Position numbers and translations under genes: made by a program
Shown: positions 10,100 to 21,660 of the stretch, in pieces
Position numbering within the stretch: the stretch's first letter is position 1
How the letters are laid out: every line of letters begins with the position of its first letter
Notes under the pieces: generated by a model
What the model was told of the DNA's origin: nothing
What the model saw: the letters and a program-made list of their open reading frames with translations, nothing else
Database searches by the model: none
From: Escherichia coli
GTDB lineage: Bacteria; Pseudomonadota; Gammaproteobacteria; Enterobacterales; Enterobacteriaceae
Direction: 5' to 3' (one strand)
Assembly (NCBI RefSeq): GCF_003334765.1
Contig: NZ_QOWT01000003.1
DNA: 64,000 nucleotides

Positions 10100-10128
10100 C
10101 CCCGCTCTGCGGGGATTTTTTCGCCAAA
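10100..10128 (+). terminator. Second copy of the terminator-like hairpin plus T-tract, downstream of the BIME
   Basis: CCCCGC-TCT-GCGGGG followed by ATTTTTT, and the following TCGCCAAAAGCAA is shared with copy 1. Confidence 0.5.
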
Positions 10129-10263
10129 AGCAAGGTGATTCAGATGAGAAATCTGTGATCTATTTGGCAAAATTATGCTTTATTGTTTACCCTTGTCAGA
10201 CTGCCCGTCATAAGGCGGCGGAGTGTATTTCTCCATTTTGAGTCAGTTGAAAAGGAATATTGA

Positions 10264-11124
<861 letters not shown>

Positions 11125-11133
11125 TCAACGCTG

Positions 11134-11170
11134 AGGCCAGATAATACTCTCTGGCCTCTCTCTTATTAGT
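11134..11170 (+). terminator. Intrinsic terminator after mscS
   Basis: GAGGCCAG...CTGGCCTC stem followed by a T-rich tract. Confidence 0.55.
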
Positions 11171-11262
11171 TTTTCTGATTGCCAATTAATATTATCAATT
11201 TCCGCTAATAACAATCCCGCGATATAGTCTCTGCATCAGATACTTAATTCGGAATATCCAAC

Positions 11263-11898
11263 GTGTTTTCTTATTACTTTCAAGGTCTTGCACTTGGGGC
11301 GGCTATGATCCTACCGCTCGGTCCACAAAATGCTTTTGTGATGAATCAGGGCATACGTCGTCAGTACCACATTATGATTGCCTTACTTTGTGCTATCAGC
11401 GATTTGGTCCTGATTTGCGCCGGGATTTTTGGTGGCAGCGCGTTATTGATGCAGTCGCCGTGGTTGCTGGCGCTGGTCACCTGGGGCGGCGTAGCCTTCT
11501 TGCTGTGGTATGGTTTTGGCGCTTTTAAAACAGCAATGAGCAGTAATATTGAGTTAGCCAGCGCCGAAGTCATGAAGCAAGGCAGATGGAAAATTATCGC
11601 CACCATGTTGGCAGTGACCTGGCTGAATCCGCATGTTTACCTGGATACTTTTGTTGTACTGGGCAGCCTTGGCGGGCAACTTGATGTGGAACCAAAACGC
11701 TGGTTTGCACTCGGGACAATTAGCGCCTCTTTCCTGTGGTTCTTTGGTCTGGCTATTCTCGCAGCCTGGCTGGCACCGCGCCTGCGCACGGCAAAATCAC
11801 AGCGCATTATCAATCTGGTAGTGGGATGTGTCATGTGGTTTATAGCCTTGCAGCTGGCGAGAGACGGTATTGCTCATGCACAAGCCTTGTTCAGTTAG
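11263..11898 (+). CDS. argO: LysE-family arginine exporter
   Basis: 211 aa hydrophobic LysE/RhtB-type protein beginning at GTG; located next to mscS as in E. coli. Confidence 0.85.
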   Translation: MFSYYFQGLALGAAMILPLGPQNAFVMNQGIRRQYHIMIALLCAISDLVLICAGIFGGSALLMQSPWLLALVTWGGVAFLLWYGFGAFKTAMSSNIELASAEVMKQGRWKIIATMLAVTWLNPHVYLDTFVVLGSLGGQLDVEPKRWFALGTISASFLWFFGLAILAAWLAPRLRTAKSQRIINLVVGCVMWFIALQLARDGIAHAQALFS

Positions 11899-11990
11899 GC
11901 GCTATCTGATGGAAAAATAAAACAGAGGCGCTAAGCTTGCCTCCAGAGGTCCTGAATTTTGGGCAAGTCAATTAACACGGAGAGACTAAC

Positions 11991-12731
11991 GTGAAGTTCA
12001 AAGTTATCGCCCTGGCGGCATTAATGGGTATTAGCGGGATGGCAGCGCAGGCTAACGAATTGCCGGATGGACCGCATATTGTCACCTCCGGTACGGCAAG
12101 CGTGGATGCGGTGCCAGACATTGCCACTCTTGCGATTGAAGTTAACGTGGCCGCGAAGGATGCCGCTACTGCCAAGAAACAGGCAGATGAGCGCGTCGCA
12201 CAATACATTTCCTTCCTTGAACTCAATCAGATCGCGAAAAAAGATATCAGCTCAGCGAACTTACGCACCCAGCCAGATTATGATTATCAGGATGGTAAAA
12301 GTATCCTGAAAGGCTACCGCGCTGTGAGAACGGTGGAAGTCACGCTCCGTCAGTTAGACAAACTGAATTCCTTGCTGGATGGCGCGCTGAAGGCGGGTCT
12401 TAACGAAATTCGTTCTGTGTCGCTGGGCGTGGCGCAGCCGGATGCCTATAAAGACAAAGCGCGTAAGGCAGCGATTGATAACGCGATTCATCAGGCGCAG
12501 GAACTGGCGAACGGCTTTCATCGTAAACTGGGGCCGGTATATAGCGTGCGCTACCATGTTTCCAACTATCAGCCCAGCCCAATGGTGCGGATGATGAAAG
12601 CCGATGCCGCGCCGGTGTCCGCCCAGGAAACTTACGAGCAGGCCGCTATTCAGTTTGATGATCAGGTCGATGTGGTCTTCCAGTTAGAACCTGTGGATCA
12701 ACAACCCGCTAAAACACCTGCAGCACAATAA
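11991..12731 (+). CDS. yggE: SIMPL/DUF541 family periplasmic protein
   Basis: 246 aa with signal peptide (MKFKVIALAALMGISGMAAQA); GTG start. Confidence 0.85.
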   Translation: MKFKVIALAALMGISGMAAQANELPDGPHIVTSGTASVDAVPDIATLAIEVNVAAKDAATAKKQADERVAQYISFLELNQIAKKDISSANLRTQPDYDYQDGKSILKGYRAVRTVEVTLRQLDKLNSLLDGALKAGLNEIRSVSLGVAQPDAYKDKARKAAIDNAIHQAQELANGFHRKLGPVYSVRYHVSNYQPSPMVRMMKADAAPVSAQETYEQAAIQFDDQVDVVFQLEPVDQQPAKTPAAQ

Positions 12732-12897
12732 TACTTGTAGCCCGACGTATTCGTCGGGCTAATGCCTTTACCCGATATTGCCTCCTTTTTCTGTAATTTT
12801 CTGTAAAACCATGACGTAATCACCTATCTTTGCTCGCGGTTTCATCAAGGATAGGCTGACTGAAACGGTTAAGCGGACAAGGATGCGGGGGAGGGGG

Positions 12898-13794
12898 ATG
12901 GACATTTTTATTTCGAAAAAGATGCGCAATTTCATTTTATTAGCGCAAACCAATAATATTGCCCGGGCGGCAGAAAAAATCCATATGACGGCTTCGCCAT
13001 TTGGTAAAAGCATTGCCGCGCTGGAAGAACAAATTGGCTATACGCTATTTACCCGCAAAGATAATAATATCAGCCTCAATAAAGCCGGACAGGAACTGTA
13101 TCAAAAACTGTTCCCGGTTTATCAACGGCTTTCTGCGATTGATAATGAAATCCATAACTCAGGACGTCGTTCACGAGAAATTGTGATTGGCATAGATAAT
13201 ACTTATCCGACAATTATTTTCGATCAGTTGATTAGTCTCGGAGATAAGTATGAAGGCGTGACCGCCCAGCCAGTTGAGTTCAGCGAAAACGGCGTTATCG
13301 ATAATCTTTTTGACCGCCAGTTAGATTTTATTATCTCCCCACAGCATGTATCTGCACGAGTTCAGGAACTGGAAAACCTGACTATCAGTGAACTACCACC
13401 GCTGCGATTAGGCTTTCTCGTTTCTCGCCGTTATGAAGAGCGTCAAGAGCAAGAGCTGCTTCAGGAGCTGCCCTGGCTACAAATGCGCTTTCAGAACCGG
13501 GCCAACTTCGAAGCAATGATTGATGCGAATATGCGACCTTGTGGGATCAATCCAACCATTATTTATCGTCCCTACAGTTTTATGGCCAAAATCAGCGCCG
13601 TGGAGCGCGGACATTTTCTGACGGTGATCCCGCATTTTGCCTGGCGACTGGTGAATCCGGCAACGCTGAAATATTTTGATGCACCGCACAGGCCGATGTA
13701 TATGCAGGAATATCTTTATTCAATCAGAAATCATCGTTATACCGCCACGATGCTTCAGCATATTGCTGAAGATCGTGACGGGACGAGTCATTAA
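12898..13794 (+). CDS. ygfI: LysR-family transcriptional regulator
   Basis: N-terminal HTH of LysR type (...ARAAEKIHMTASPFGKSIAALEEQIGY...); start taken at MDIFISKK. Its stop overlaps the convergent scpC stop. Confidence 0.8.
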   Translation: MDIFISKKMRNFILLAQTNNIARAAEKIHMTASPFGKSIAALEEQIGYTLFTRKDNNISLNKAGQELYQKLFPVYQRLSAIDNEIHNSGRRSREIVIGIDNTYPTIIFDQLISLGDKYEGVTAQPVEFSENGVIDNLFDRQLDFIISPQHVSARVQELENLTISELPPLRLGFLVSRRYEERQEQELLQELPWLQMRFQNRANFEAMIDANMRPCGINPTIIYRPYSFMAKISAVERGHFLTVIPHFAWRLVNPATLKYFDAPHRPMYMQEYLYSIRNHRYTATMLQHIAEDRDGTSH

Positions 13795-15269
13795 CCCAGC
13801 ATCGAGCCGGTTGCAATTAAATTACGGTGTAAGTCGAAGACGTGGCTAAGATCGTGGTGAATATGTCCGCCAGGCGCATTTTCCAGATAGCGATGCAGAT
13901 AATCCCGATACATAGGATGTGCACAATTATCAATGATAGTGCGGGCGCGTTGAAGCGGGGAAAGACCGCGCAGATCGGCGATCCCTTGTTCGGTGATGAT
14001 CACTTTGACGCTGTGTTCGCTGTGATCAACATGGCTGCACATTGGCACGACGGTTGAGATCTTGCCTTCTTTAGCAATCGACGGGGCCATAAAGATCGAC
14101 AGATACGCGTTGCGTTCAAAATCACCGCTGCCGCCGATGCCGTTCATCAGATCGACCCCGGCTACGTGTGTTGAGTTGGCATGCCCGTAAATATCAAACT
14201 CCAGGCCGACGTTCAGAGCGATGACGCCCAGACGACGGATGATTTCCGGGTTATTGGAAATCTCCTGCGGACGCAACACAATGCGGCTGGCAAAGTAATC
14301 CATATTGTCGTAAATCTTGCGCAGGGAATCGGCCGAGATTGTCAGGCTGGAGGCGCTGGCCCCGCTGATTTTGCCGGTTTCCAGTAAATGCACCACCGAT
14401 TCCTGTAGCACTTCCGAATACATCATAAACGGAGGAATTACCGGGTTTTCCCCCAGACGCGCCATTACCGCATTATTGATATTGCCCACGCCACTTTGCA
14501 GCGGCAGAAATTCCGGCGGAATACGCCCATGCGCCATTTCCTGCAATAAGAACGTGACCACGTTATCGGCAATCTGCTGGCACATGGGATTTTGCTTATC
14601 CAGCATATTACCGGCGTCGGGCAAGTTGGTTTCCACGACGGCGACAATCTTTTTCGGATCGATTTGCACATAGCGGGTACCGACGCGATCCATTGCATGG
14701 AAGATCGACACGCTATTGCGCCGCGGTGGCGCGCCAGGAATCACAATATCCGCCAGTTCTGCAACGCGCGGATCGTGATAGTGATTGAGTTCAATGATCA
14801 CTTTCTTCGCCCGCAGCAGCCAGGTCGGCGCATTACCGATCCCGCTGGTTAACCAGACTCGACCATCCGGTGCCAGTGCCGATGCTTCAATGACGGCAAC
14901 ATCAATGTCGCCGAAGAAACCGTAATTGACCATTTGCGCCACTTCGCTCAAATGCAGGTCAACGAAACTCACCGCGCCCTGATTGATCTTTTTACGTAAA
15001 CCGGACGATGTTTGATATGGCGCACGCCAGGAAACAGCATCGGCGTCAGAAAGTACATCGTCAGCGGCGGCGCTGATTGACGCACCCGTCAGAAGGCGAA
15101 TTTGATACGGCTTTTTGGCCTCATGCTGTTCGTTAGCTCTGCGGGCAATCGCGGTGGGTAGGGCTTTCGGCGAACCCGCCGGGGTAAAGCCGCTAAATGC
15201 CACCATGTCGTTATGCTGGATAATTTCTGCCGCTTCATTGGCGGTCATCCTTGTCCACTGAGTTTCCAT
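13791..15269 (-). CDS. scpC: Propionyl-CoA:succinate CoA transferase
   Basis: 492 aa acetyl-CoA hydrolase/transferase family; last gene of the scpA-argK-scpB-scpC operon. Confidence 0.9.
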   Translation of the reverse strand: METQWTRMTANEAAEIIQHNDMVAFSGFTPAGSPKALPTAIARRANEQHEAKKPYQIRLLTGASISAAADDVLSDADAVSWRAPYQTSSGLRKKINQGAVSFVDLHLSEVAQMVNYGFFGDIDVAVIEASALAPDGRVWLTSGIGNAPTWLLRAKKVIIELNHYHDPRVAELADIVIPGAPPRRNSVSIFHAMDRVGTRYVQIDPKKIVAVVETNLPDAGNMLDKQNPMCQQIADNVVTFLLQEMAHGRIPPEFLPLQSGVGNINNAVMARLGENPVIPPFMMYSEVLQESVVHLLETGKISGASASSLTISADSLRKIYDNMDYFASRIVLRPQEISNNPEIIRRLGVIALNVGLEFDIYGHANSTHVAGVDLMNGIGGSGDFERNAYLSIFMAPSIAKEGKISTVVPMCSHVDHSEHSVKVIITEQGIADLRGLSPLQRARTIIDNCAHPMYRDYLHRYLENAPGGHIHHDLSHVFDLHRNLIATGSMLG

Positions 15270-15292
15270 TTTTACTCCTTCGTTCGCAGGGA

Positions 15293-16078
15293 TTAATGAC
15301 CAACGAAATTAGGTTTACGTTTTTCGAGGAAAGCGTTCATCCCTTCCTGGTAATCTTCGCTGTCATACACCGCGCGGCGCATCCCCTGAATACGTTCAAA
15401 TTCATCGGAGTTCATGGTGTGTGCTTCGCCCAGTACACGCAGCTCTTCTTTGATAACGGCAATGGCTAACGGCGCTTTCTCAGAGATGTGGTGCGCCATT
15501 TGTAAGGTGAAATCTTCCAGTTCTTCCACTTCCACAACATGGTTGAGGATGCCGACAGCCAGCGCGCGCTGGGCGGTGATTGGCGAAGCGGTAAAAATCA
15601 GCTCTTTGACAATGTGGAAGCCCGCGTCGCGGGTCAGGTTGTGAATGCCGACCAGGTTATACGGGACGCCGAGGTTTACAGGCGTCATTGAGAAGGTTGA
15701 GGTACTGGCGGCGATGATCAGATCGGAACTCATGATCATTTCAAATGCGCCACCCCAAACACTACCTTCCACCATCGAAATGATCGGTTTCGGGAATTTT
15801 TGGATCATGCGGGTGATTTGACGCAATGGATCATCATAGGAGAGCGGATCGCGACCGCCAGACGGCAGTTCGTGAATATCGTGACCTGCGGAGAAGACTT
15901 TGGATCCACTCGGTGCGCGCAAAATGATACAGCGAATTTCCGGCCGGTTGAGATCGCTTAACGCCTGCATAAGATCATCAATAAAGACTTTACTTAAGGC
16001 ATTAAGTTTTCGGCCATAGTTAAACTCAATGACCGCCACTTTGTTGATAGTGACAACGTTAACATACTGATAAGACAT
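15293..16078 (-). CDS. scpB: Methylmalonyl-CoA decarboxylase (crotonase fold)
   Basis: MSYQYVNVVTINKVAVIEFNYGRKLNAL... enoyl-CoA hydratase superfamily, 261 aa. Confidence 0.9.
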   Translation of the reverse strand: MSYQYVNVVTINKVAVIEFNYGRKLNALSKVFIDDLMQALSDLNRPEIRCIILRAPSGSKVFSAGHDIHELPSGGRDPLSYDDPLRQITRMIQKFPKPIISMVEGSVWGGAFEMIMSSDLIIAASTSTFSMTPVNLGVPYNLVGIHNLTRDAGFHIVKELIFTASPITAQRALAVGILNHVVEVEELEDFTLQMAHHISEKAPLAIAVIKEELRVLGEAHTMNSDEFERIQGMRRAVYDSEDYQEGMNAFLEKRKPNFVGH

Positions 16079-16088
16079 AAAAATTCCT

Positions 16089-17084
16089 TTAATCAAAATA
16101 TTGCGTCTGGATAAATTCACTGAGCTGCCGCAGGCCGGTGCGCGGTGAGAGCGTATTGTTTTTGACCGCTAAAAGCGTCTGGCGGTAATAGCGATCGAAA
16201 TCTTCATTCGCGAACAGGTGATTCAGTACTTCTTCTTCGGTCTGCTTACGCAGCCATTCCACCGATTGTTGTTGCCGCACTTGTTGTAAACGACCACTGG
16301 CAGTTAGCGCGGTTTTGAAGTCGATGATGGCGTGCCAGATCTCATCGATTCCACGTTTTTCCAGTGCGCTACAAGTCAGAACCCGTGGCTGCCATTCGTC
16401 GTATTTACGTCGCAGAATATGCAGGGCACTCTCGTACATATGCCGGGCAATGGCGACATTGGTATGGTTATCGCCATCGTCTTTGTTGATAACGATCAGA
16501 TCAGCCACTTCCATCAGCCCTTTTTTAATGCCCTGCAGATCATCGCCGCCACCGGCAATTTGCAACGAGATAAAACAGTCCACCATGCGGGCGACTTCTG
16601 TTTCCGACTGCCCGACGCCAACCGTTTCGACAATCACTACGTCATAACCCGCTGCTTCGCATAACAGCATTAATTCCCGCGCTCGCTGACTGGCACCGCC
16701 CAGATGACCGGAGGATGGTACCGGGCGAATAAACGCCGCTTCGGCACGCGCCAGGTCATTCATGCGGGTTTTATCCCCGAGAATGCTACCGCCAGTGACC
16801 GGGCTGCTGGGATCGACCGCAATAACCGCGACCTTTAATCCCTCTCGAATCAACAACATGCCAAAGGCCTCAAGAAAGGTACTTTTCCCCGCGCCGGGGG
16901 TGCCGGTAACGCCCAGTCGCAGGGTGTTACCGCAGTACGGCATAATGGCATCAAGCAGCTGCGTACTTAGTGCCTGATGACGCGGGTGACGGCTTTCCAC
17001 CAGCGTCATGGCCTGGGCGAGTGTGGCACGCTCACCCTGACGTAAGCGGCGAATACTTTCTGCCAGCGTGGCTTCATTAATCAT
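16089..17084 (-). CDS. argK: MeaB/ArgK-type G-protein chaperone of methylmalonyl-CoA mutase
   Basis: 331 aa with P-loop GTPGAGKST; 8-bp overlap with scpA. Confidence 0.9.
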   Translation of the reverse strand: MINEATLAESIRRLRQGERATLAQAMTLVESRHPRHQALSTQLLDAIMPYCGNTLRLGVTGTPGAGKSTFLEAFGMLLIREGLKVAVIAVDPSSPVTGGSILGDKTRMNDLARAEAAFIRPVPSSGHLGGASQRARELMLLCEAAGYDVVIVETVGVGQSETEVARMVDCFISLQIAGGGDDLQGIKKGLMEVADLIVINKDDGDNHTNVAIARHMYESALHILRRKYDEWQPRVLTCSALEKRGIDEIWHAIIDFKTALTASGRLQQVRQQQSVEWLRKQTEEEVLNHLFANEDFDRYYRQTLLAVKNNTLSPRTGLRQLSEFIQTQYFD

Positions 17085-19221
17085 GATGCTGGCTTATCAG
17101 ATTCAGTACGTCGCGCACACTGTCGAGCATAGGTGTACCTGGACCATAAATCGCCGCCACGCCGCGCTCTTGCAGGAAGGCGTAATCCTGCGGCGGAATG
17201 ACGCCACCCGCGACCACGCAGATATCTTCGCGTCCCCATTTTTTCAGCGCTTCGACCAGTTCCGGGATCAGCGTTTTATGACCGGCAGCCAGTGAGGATG
17301 CGCCCACTACGTGAACGTCGTTTTCTACGGCTAGGCGGGCGATCTCTTCAGGTGTAGAGAACATCGGGCTTAAATCTACGTCGAAACCGAGATCGGAATA
17401 GGCGCTGGCGATCACTTTCGCGCCGCGATCGTGTCCATCCTGGCCCATCTTAGCGATCAGAATGCGCGGGCGACGACCATTGTCGGCAAGGAACTGCTCC
17501 GTTTGCGCAACAATGGCATCGAACTCGGAGGCCGATTTCTCAGACTGATGATAGCTTTGCGCAATCACGCCGGTAACACACTGGCTTGGCACCAGATAAC
17601 GGTCGAAAGCGACTTCCAGCGCATCGGAAATTTCACCCAGGGTGGCGCGAACGCGAGCGGCATTAACAGCGGCAGCCAGCAGGTTTTCGTTATGCTGTGC
17701 GGCGTGAGTCAGGGCGTTCAACGCGGCGGTTACGGCGGCATCATCACGGGTGGCGCGAATGCGTTCCAGCGAAGCAATTTGCTCGTTACGCACCATCACG
17801 TTGTCGATCTCAAGTACATCGGTTTCGTCTTCGTGATCCAGTTTGTACTTGTTGACACCAACGATGACACGCTTGCCCTGGTCGATCAGCGACTGTTCGC
17901 GCGCTGAGGCCTCTTCGATCATTCGTTTTGGCAGACCTGCTTCGATCGCTTTCGCCATGCCACCGGCTTCGTCGATCTGTTGGATAATAGCTCTGGCTTG
18001 TTTGACGATTTGATCGGTCAGCGACTCAATGTAATAGGATCCGGCCAGTGGATCGACGGTGCGGCAGAGTTCTGATTCTTCCTGGATGATGATCTGGGTG
18101 TTGCGGGCAATGCGTGCTGAGAAATCGGTAGGCAAACCAAGCGCTTCGTCAAAGGCGTTGGTATGCAGTGACTGAGTACCGCCCAGCGTCGCAGCCAGCG
18201 CTTCAATGGTGGTGCGGATAACGTTGTTATACGGATCCTGTTCAGTCAGGCTCCAGCCTGAGGTCTGGCAGTGGGTACGCAGCGCCAGTGATTTCGGGTC
18301 CTGTGCGCCAAATCCACTGACCGCTTCGCTCCATAAATAACGTGCCGCACGCAACATGGCGACGTTCATAAACAGATCCATGCCGATGCCGAAGAAGAAC
18401 GACAGGCGAGGAGCGAAGTCATCAATTTTCAGTCCGGCAGAGATTGCTGCTTTGATGTACTCAATCCCATCAGCGAGCGTAAATGCTACCTGCTGCACGC
18501 AGTTGGCACCCGCTTCACCCATGTGGTAACCGCTGATACTGATGGTATTAAATCGCGGCATGTTGCCGGAACACCAGGCGATGATGTCGGCGATAATGCG
18601 CATTGACGGTTTTGGTGGGTAAATATAGGTGTTGCGGCAGAGGTACTCTTTGAGAATATCGTTTTGAATGGTGCCGGTCAGTTTATCAGGTGTAACACCT
18701 TGCTCTTCTGCGGCGACGATATAAAACGCCAGTACTGGTAGCACTGCGCCATTCATGGTCATCGAAACCGACATTTTATCCAGCGGGATCTGGTCGAACA
18801 GGACTTTCATATCTTCCACGGTGTCGATAGCGACGCCCGCTTTGCCGACGTCGCCCGCCACGCGCGGGTTATCGGAGTCGTAGCCACGGTGGGTGGCAAG
18901 GTCAAACGCAACGGAAAGACCTTTTTGCCCGGCGGCCAGGTTACGGCGATAAAAAGCGTTGGACTCTTTTGCTGTTGAAAAACCAGCATACTGACGGATG
19001 GTCCACGGTTGGGCGGTATACATAGTGGCACGCGGGCCACGAACGTAGGGCGGCAAACCAGGAAGGGTACCTGTCACCTCCAGATTATCGAGATCGGCTT
19101 CGGTATACAGCGGCTTGATGGCGATCCCTTCCGCGGTTTGATGAACCAGCGAGTCGACAGTTTTCTCCCGACGGCTCAATTCCTTGTTGGCAAGCTGTTG
19201 CCACTCCTGCACGTTAGACAT
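17077..19221 (-). CDS. scpA: Methylmalonyl-CoA mutase (B12-dependent)
   Basis: 714 aa starting [14 protein letters not shown]...; mutase TIM-barrel plus C-terminal B12-binding domain. The track ORF extends 7 codons upstream. Confidence 0.9.
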   Translation of the reverse strand: MSNVQEWQQLANKELSRREKTVDSLVHQTAEGIAIKPLYTEADLDNLEVTGTLPGLPPYVRGPRATMYTAQPWTIRQYAGFSTAKESNAFYRRNLAAGQKGLSVAFDLATHRGYDSDNPRVAGDVGKAGVAIDTVEDMKVLFDQIPLDKMSVSMTMNGAVLPVLAFYIVAAEEQGVTPDKLTGTIQNDILKEYLCRNTYIYPPKPSMRIIADIIAWCSGNMPRFNTISISGYHMGEAGANCVQQVAFTLADGIEYIKAAISAGLKIDDFAPRLSFFFGIGMDLFMNVAMLRAARYLWSEAVSGFGAQDPKSLALRTHCQTSGWSLTEQDPYNNVIRTTIEALAATLGGTQSLHTNAFDEALGLPTDFSARIARNTQIIIQEESELCRTVDPLAGSYYIESLTDQIVKQARAIIQQIDEAGGMAKAIEAGLPKRMIEEASAREQSLIDQGKRVIVGVNKYKLDHEDETDVLEIDNVMVRNEQIASLERIRATRDDAAVTAALNALTHAAQHNENLLAAAVNAARVRATLGEISDALEVAFDRYLVPSQCVTGVIAQSYHQSEKSASEFDAIVAQTEQFLADNGRRPRILIAKMGQDGHDRGAKVIASAYSDLGFDVDLSPMFSTPEEIARLAVENDVHVVGASSLAAGHKTLIPELVEALKKWGREDICVVAGGVIPPQDYAFLQERGVAAIYGPGTPMLDSVRDVLNLISQHHD

Positions 19222-19424
19222 TATTTGCTCCGTAAAACGCAATCAAAATGAGGGTATTTGCGCCTACGGTGAGCTTTTTACGTGGGTTTGTCGCCAGCAA
19301 AAAAAATGCATTCAGACGTCGTTTTTTGCCGCCTGAGATTTGTCTATTTTGTGATGTGATTCAAGGAATACAAAAAGAAGTGAGGACAACGCCTGATATG
19401 TGCTATCAGGCATTATTTGATGGA

Positions 19425-20318
19425 TTAATCCTGACGAAGGACTTTGTGACCATAATCGAGTAACGCATCAGTGACTTTACGCATCATGCGGCTTTCAGGA
19501 GCAAAGCGGTGCCAGTAGAGCATCCGTCGTTGAAATAGCCCAGGCGTTAAGTCAATCAGTTCACCGCTGGCCAGCTCTTTCTCGATTTGCAGGTGCGGGA
19601 TCATACAGCAGGTGGTGCCCTGGCGAGCAAGTTGTACGAACGCTTCTGAAGAATTAACGATATGGCAGGGCACGCTGCCTGGAGGCAGATCGAAGTTTTG
19701 CTGCAAAAAGGCCTGGTGCATATCGTCAAGATGGTCAAACGCGACCACTGGCGCTTTCAGTAATGCCGAACGCGTTACGCCGTTAGGGAAATATTTTTCG
19801 GCAAAGGGTTTTGAGCTGACGAACAGATAGTCGAGCGCACCAAGTTTATCGACAAGACAACTCGGCAGCGCCTGATGTTGAATACTCACCGCGCCGACCA
19901 CTTCGCCGCGGCGCAGACGTTCCTGAGTGCGGGTTTCATCTTCTACCTGCAAGTTGAGGCGGATAGGCGAATCAGCCAACACAGGAGCCAGTGCAGGAAG
20001 CAACCACGTCGCCAGACTGTCGGCGTTGACCGCCAGTGAAAGCAGCAGCGGAGTCGAACCGGTTTGTTCATCGCCCAGCCACTCTTCTTCCAGCAACTCC
20101 ACCTGGCGCAGCAGTGCCAGCAGTTTTTGCCCTTGTTCCGTCGGGCGCGGCGGTACGGTACGCACCAACAGCGGCTGCCCGAACATATTTTCCAGTTGCT
20201 TAATGCGCTGTGAGACGGCTGATTGTGTAATGCACAGCTTTTGTGCCGCGCGCTCAAATCCTCGTTCACGTATCACCGCATCCAGTGCCTGTAATGTTCT
20301 GTAGTCCGGGCGTTTCAT
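19425..20318 (-). CDS. argP: LysR-family regulator ArgP (IciA)
   Basis: 297 aa starting [43 protein letters not shown]...; the track ORF has an upstream extension. Confidence 0.9.
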
Positions 20319-20459
20319 TGCTGTTGTCTGCTCCTGGTAAATGCTTTTTCCTGCACTATGACACAATTTTGTGTCAGGTTGCATATACCGAAGCCGTCGG
20401 CGGGTAACATTTGTATCCGTGGTTAAAAGCGCAGCTTAAAAGATCAGGGATTTGCGCTA

Positions 20460-20690
20460 ATGCATTTCGCTCAGCGAGTTCGCGCCCTGGTTGTGTTGAA
20501 TGGCGTGGCGTTATTGCCTCAATTTGCCTGTAAACAGGGGCTTGCGAACGGTGAACTGGTGCGCCTGTTTGCACCGTGGAGCGGCATACCCAGACCGTTG
20601 TATGCTTTATTTGCGGGGCGAAAGGGGATGCCTGCCATTGCGCGATATTTTATGGATGAGTTAACCACGCGGCTTGCCAACGGGGTCTGA
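20460..20690 (+). pseudogene. yqfE: Remnant of a LysR-family regulator (C-terminal fragment only)
   Basis: 76-aa ORF resembling only the extreme C-terminus of a LysR effector domain, with no HTH; corresponds to the known yqfE fragment between argP and rpiA. Confidence 0.55.
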
Positions 20691-20745
20691 ATCGCTTTTT
20701 TTGTATATAATGCGTGTGAAATTTCATACCACAGGCGAAACGATC

Positions 20746-21405
20746 ATGACGCAGGATGAATTGAAAAAAGCAGTAGGATGGGCGGCACTTCAGTATGTTC
20801 AGCCCGGCACCATTGTTGGTGTAGGTACAGGTTCCACCGCCGCACACTTTATTGACGCGCTCGGTACAATGAAAGGCCAGATTGAAGGGGCCGTTTCCAG
20901 TTCAGATGCTTCCACTGAAAAACTGAAAAGCCTCGGCATTCACGTTTTTGATCTCAACGAAGTCGACAGCCTTGGCATCTACGTTGATGGCGCAGATGAA
21001 ATCAACGGCCACATGCAAATGATCAAAGGCGGCGGCGCGGCGCTGACCCGTGAAAAAATCATTGCTTCGGTTGCAGAAAAATTTATCTGTATTGCAGACG
21101 CTTCCAAGCAGGTTGATATTCTGGGTAAATTCCCGCTGCCAGTAGAAGTTATCCCGATGGCACGTAGTGCAGTGGCGCGTCAGCTGGTGAAACTGGGCGG
21201 TCGTCCGGAATACCGTCAGGGCGTGGTGACCGATAATGGCAACGTGATCCTCGACGTCCACGGCATGGAAATCCTTGACCCGATAGCGATGGAAAACGCC
21301 ATAAATGCGATTCCTGGCGTGGTGACTGTTGGCTTGTTTGCTAACCGTGGCGCGGACGTTGCGCTGATTGGCACACCTGACGGTGTCAAAACCATTGTGA
21401 AATGA
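20746..21405 (+). CDS. rpiA: Ribose-5-phosphate isomerase A
   Basis: [31 protein letters not shown]..., 219 aa. Confidence 0.95.
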
Positions 21406-21660
21406 TCTGACGGGGGAACCTCCCCCGTTAAAAAAATTCTCTTCATTAAATTTGGTGACATGTGTCACGCTTTTACCAGGCAATTGTCGATTGCTCTAAA
21501 TAAATCCTCTAAACCAGCATATTCATCCAAGAATTACCTTTGCGTGATATTTCCTCAACATCGCGACGCAAACGTTCATATTGCCGCAATATTATTTTTT
21601 GATATGTTGAAAGGCGGATGCAAATCCGCACACAACATTTCAAAAGACAGGATTGGGTAA

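Noticed and set aside
21406-21440. Hairpin ACGGGGGAACCTCCCCCGT after rpiA considered as an intrinsic terminator
   Set aside because: It is followed by an A-run rather than a T-run on the rpiA strand, so it is not a canonical terminator in that orientation; left unannotated.
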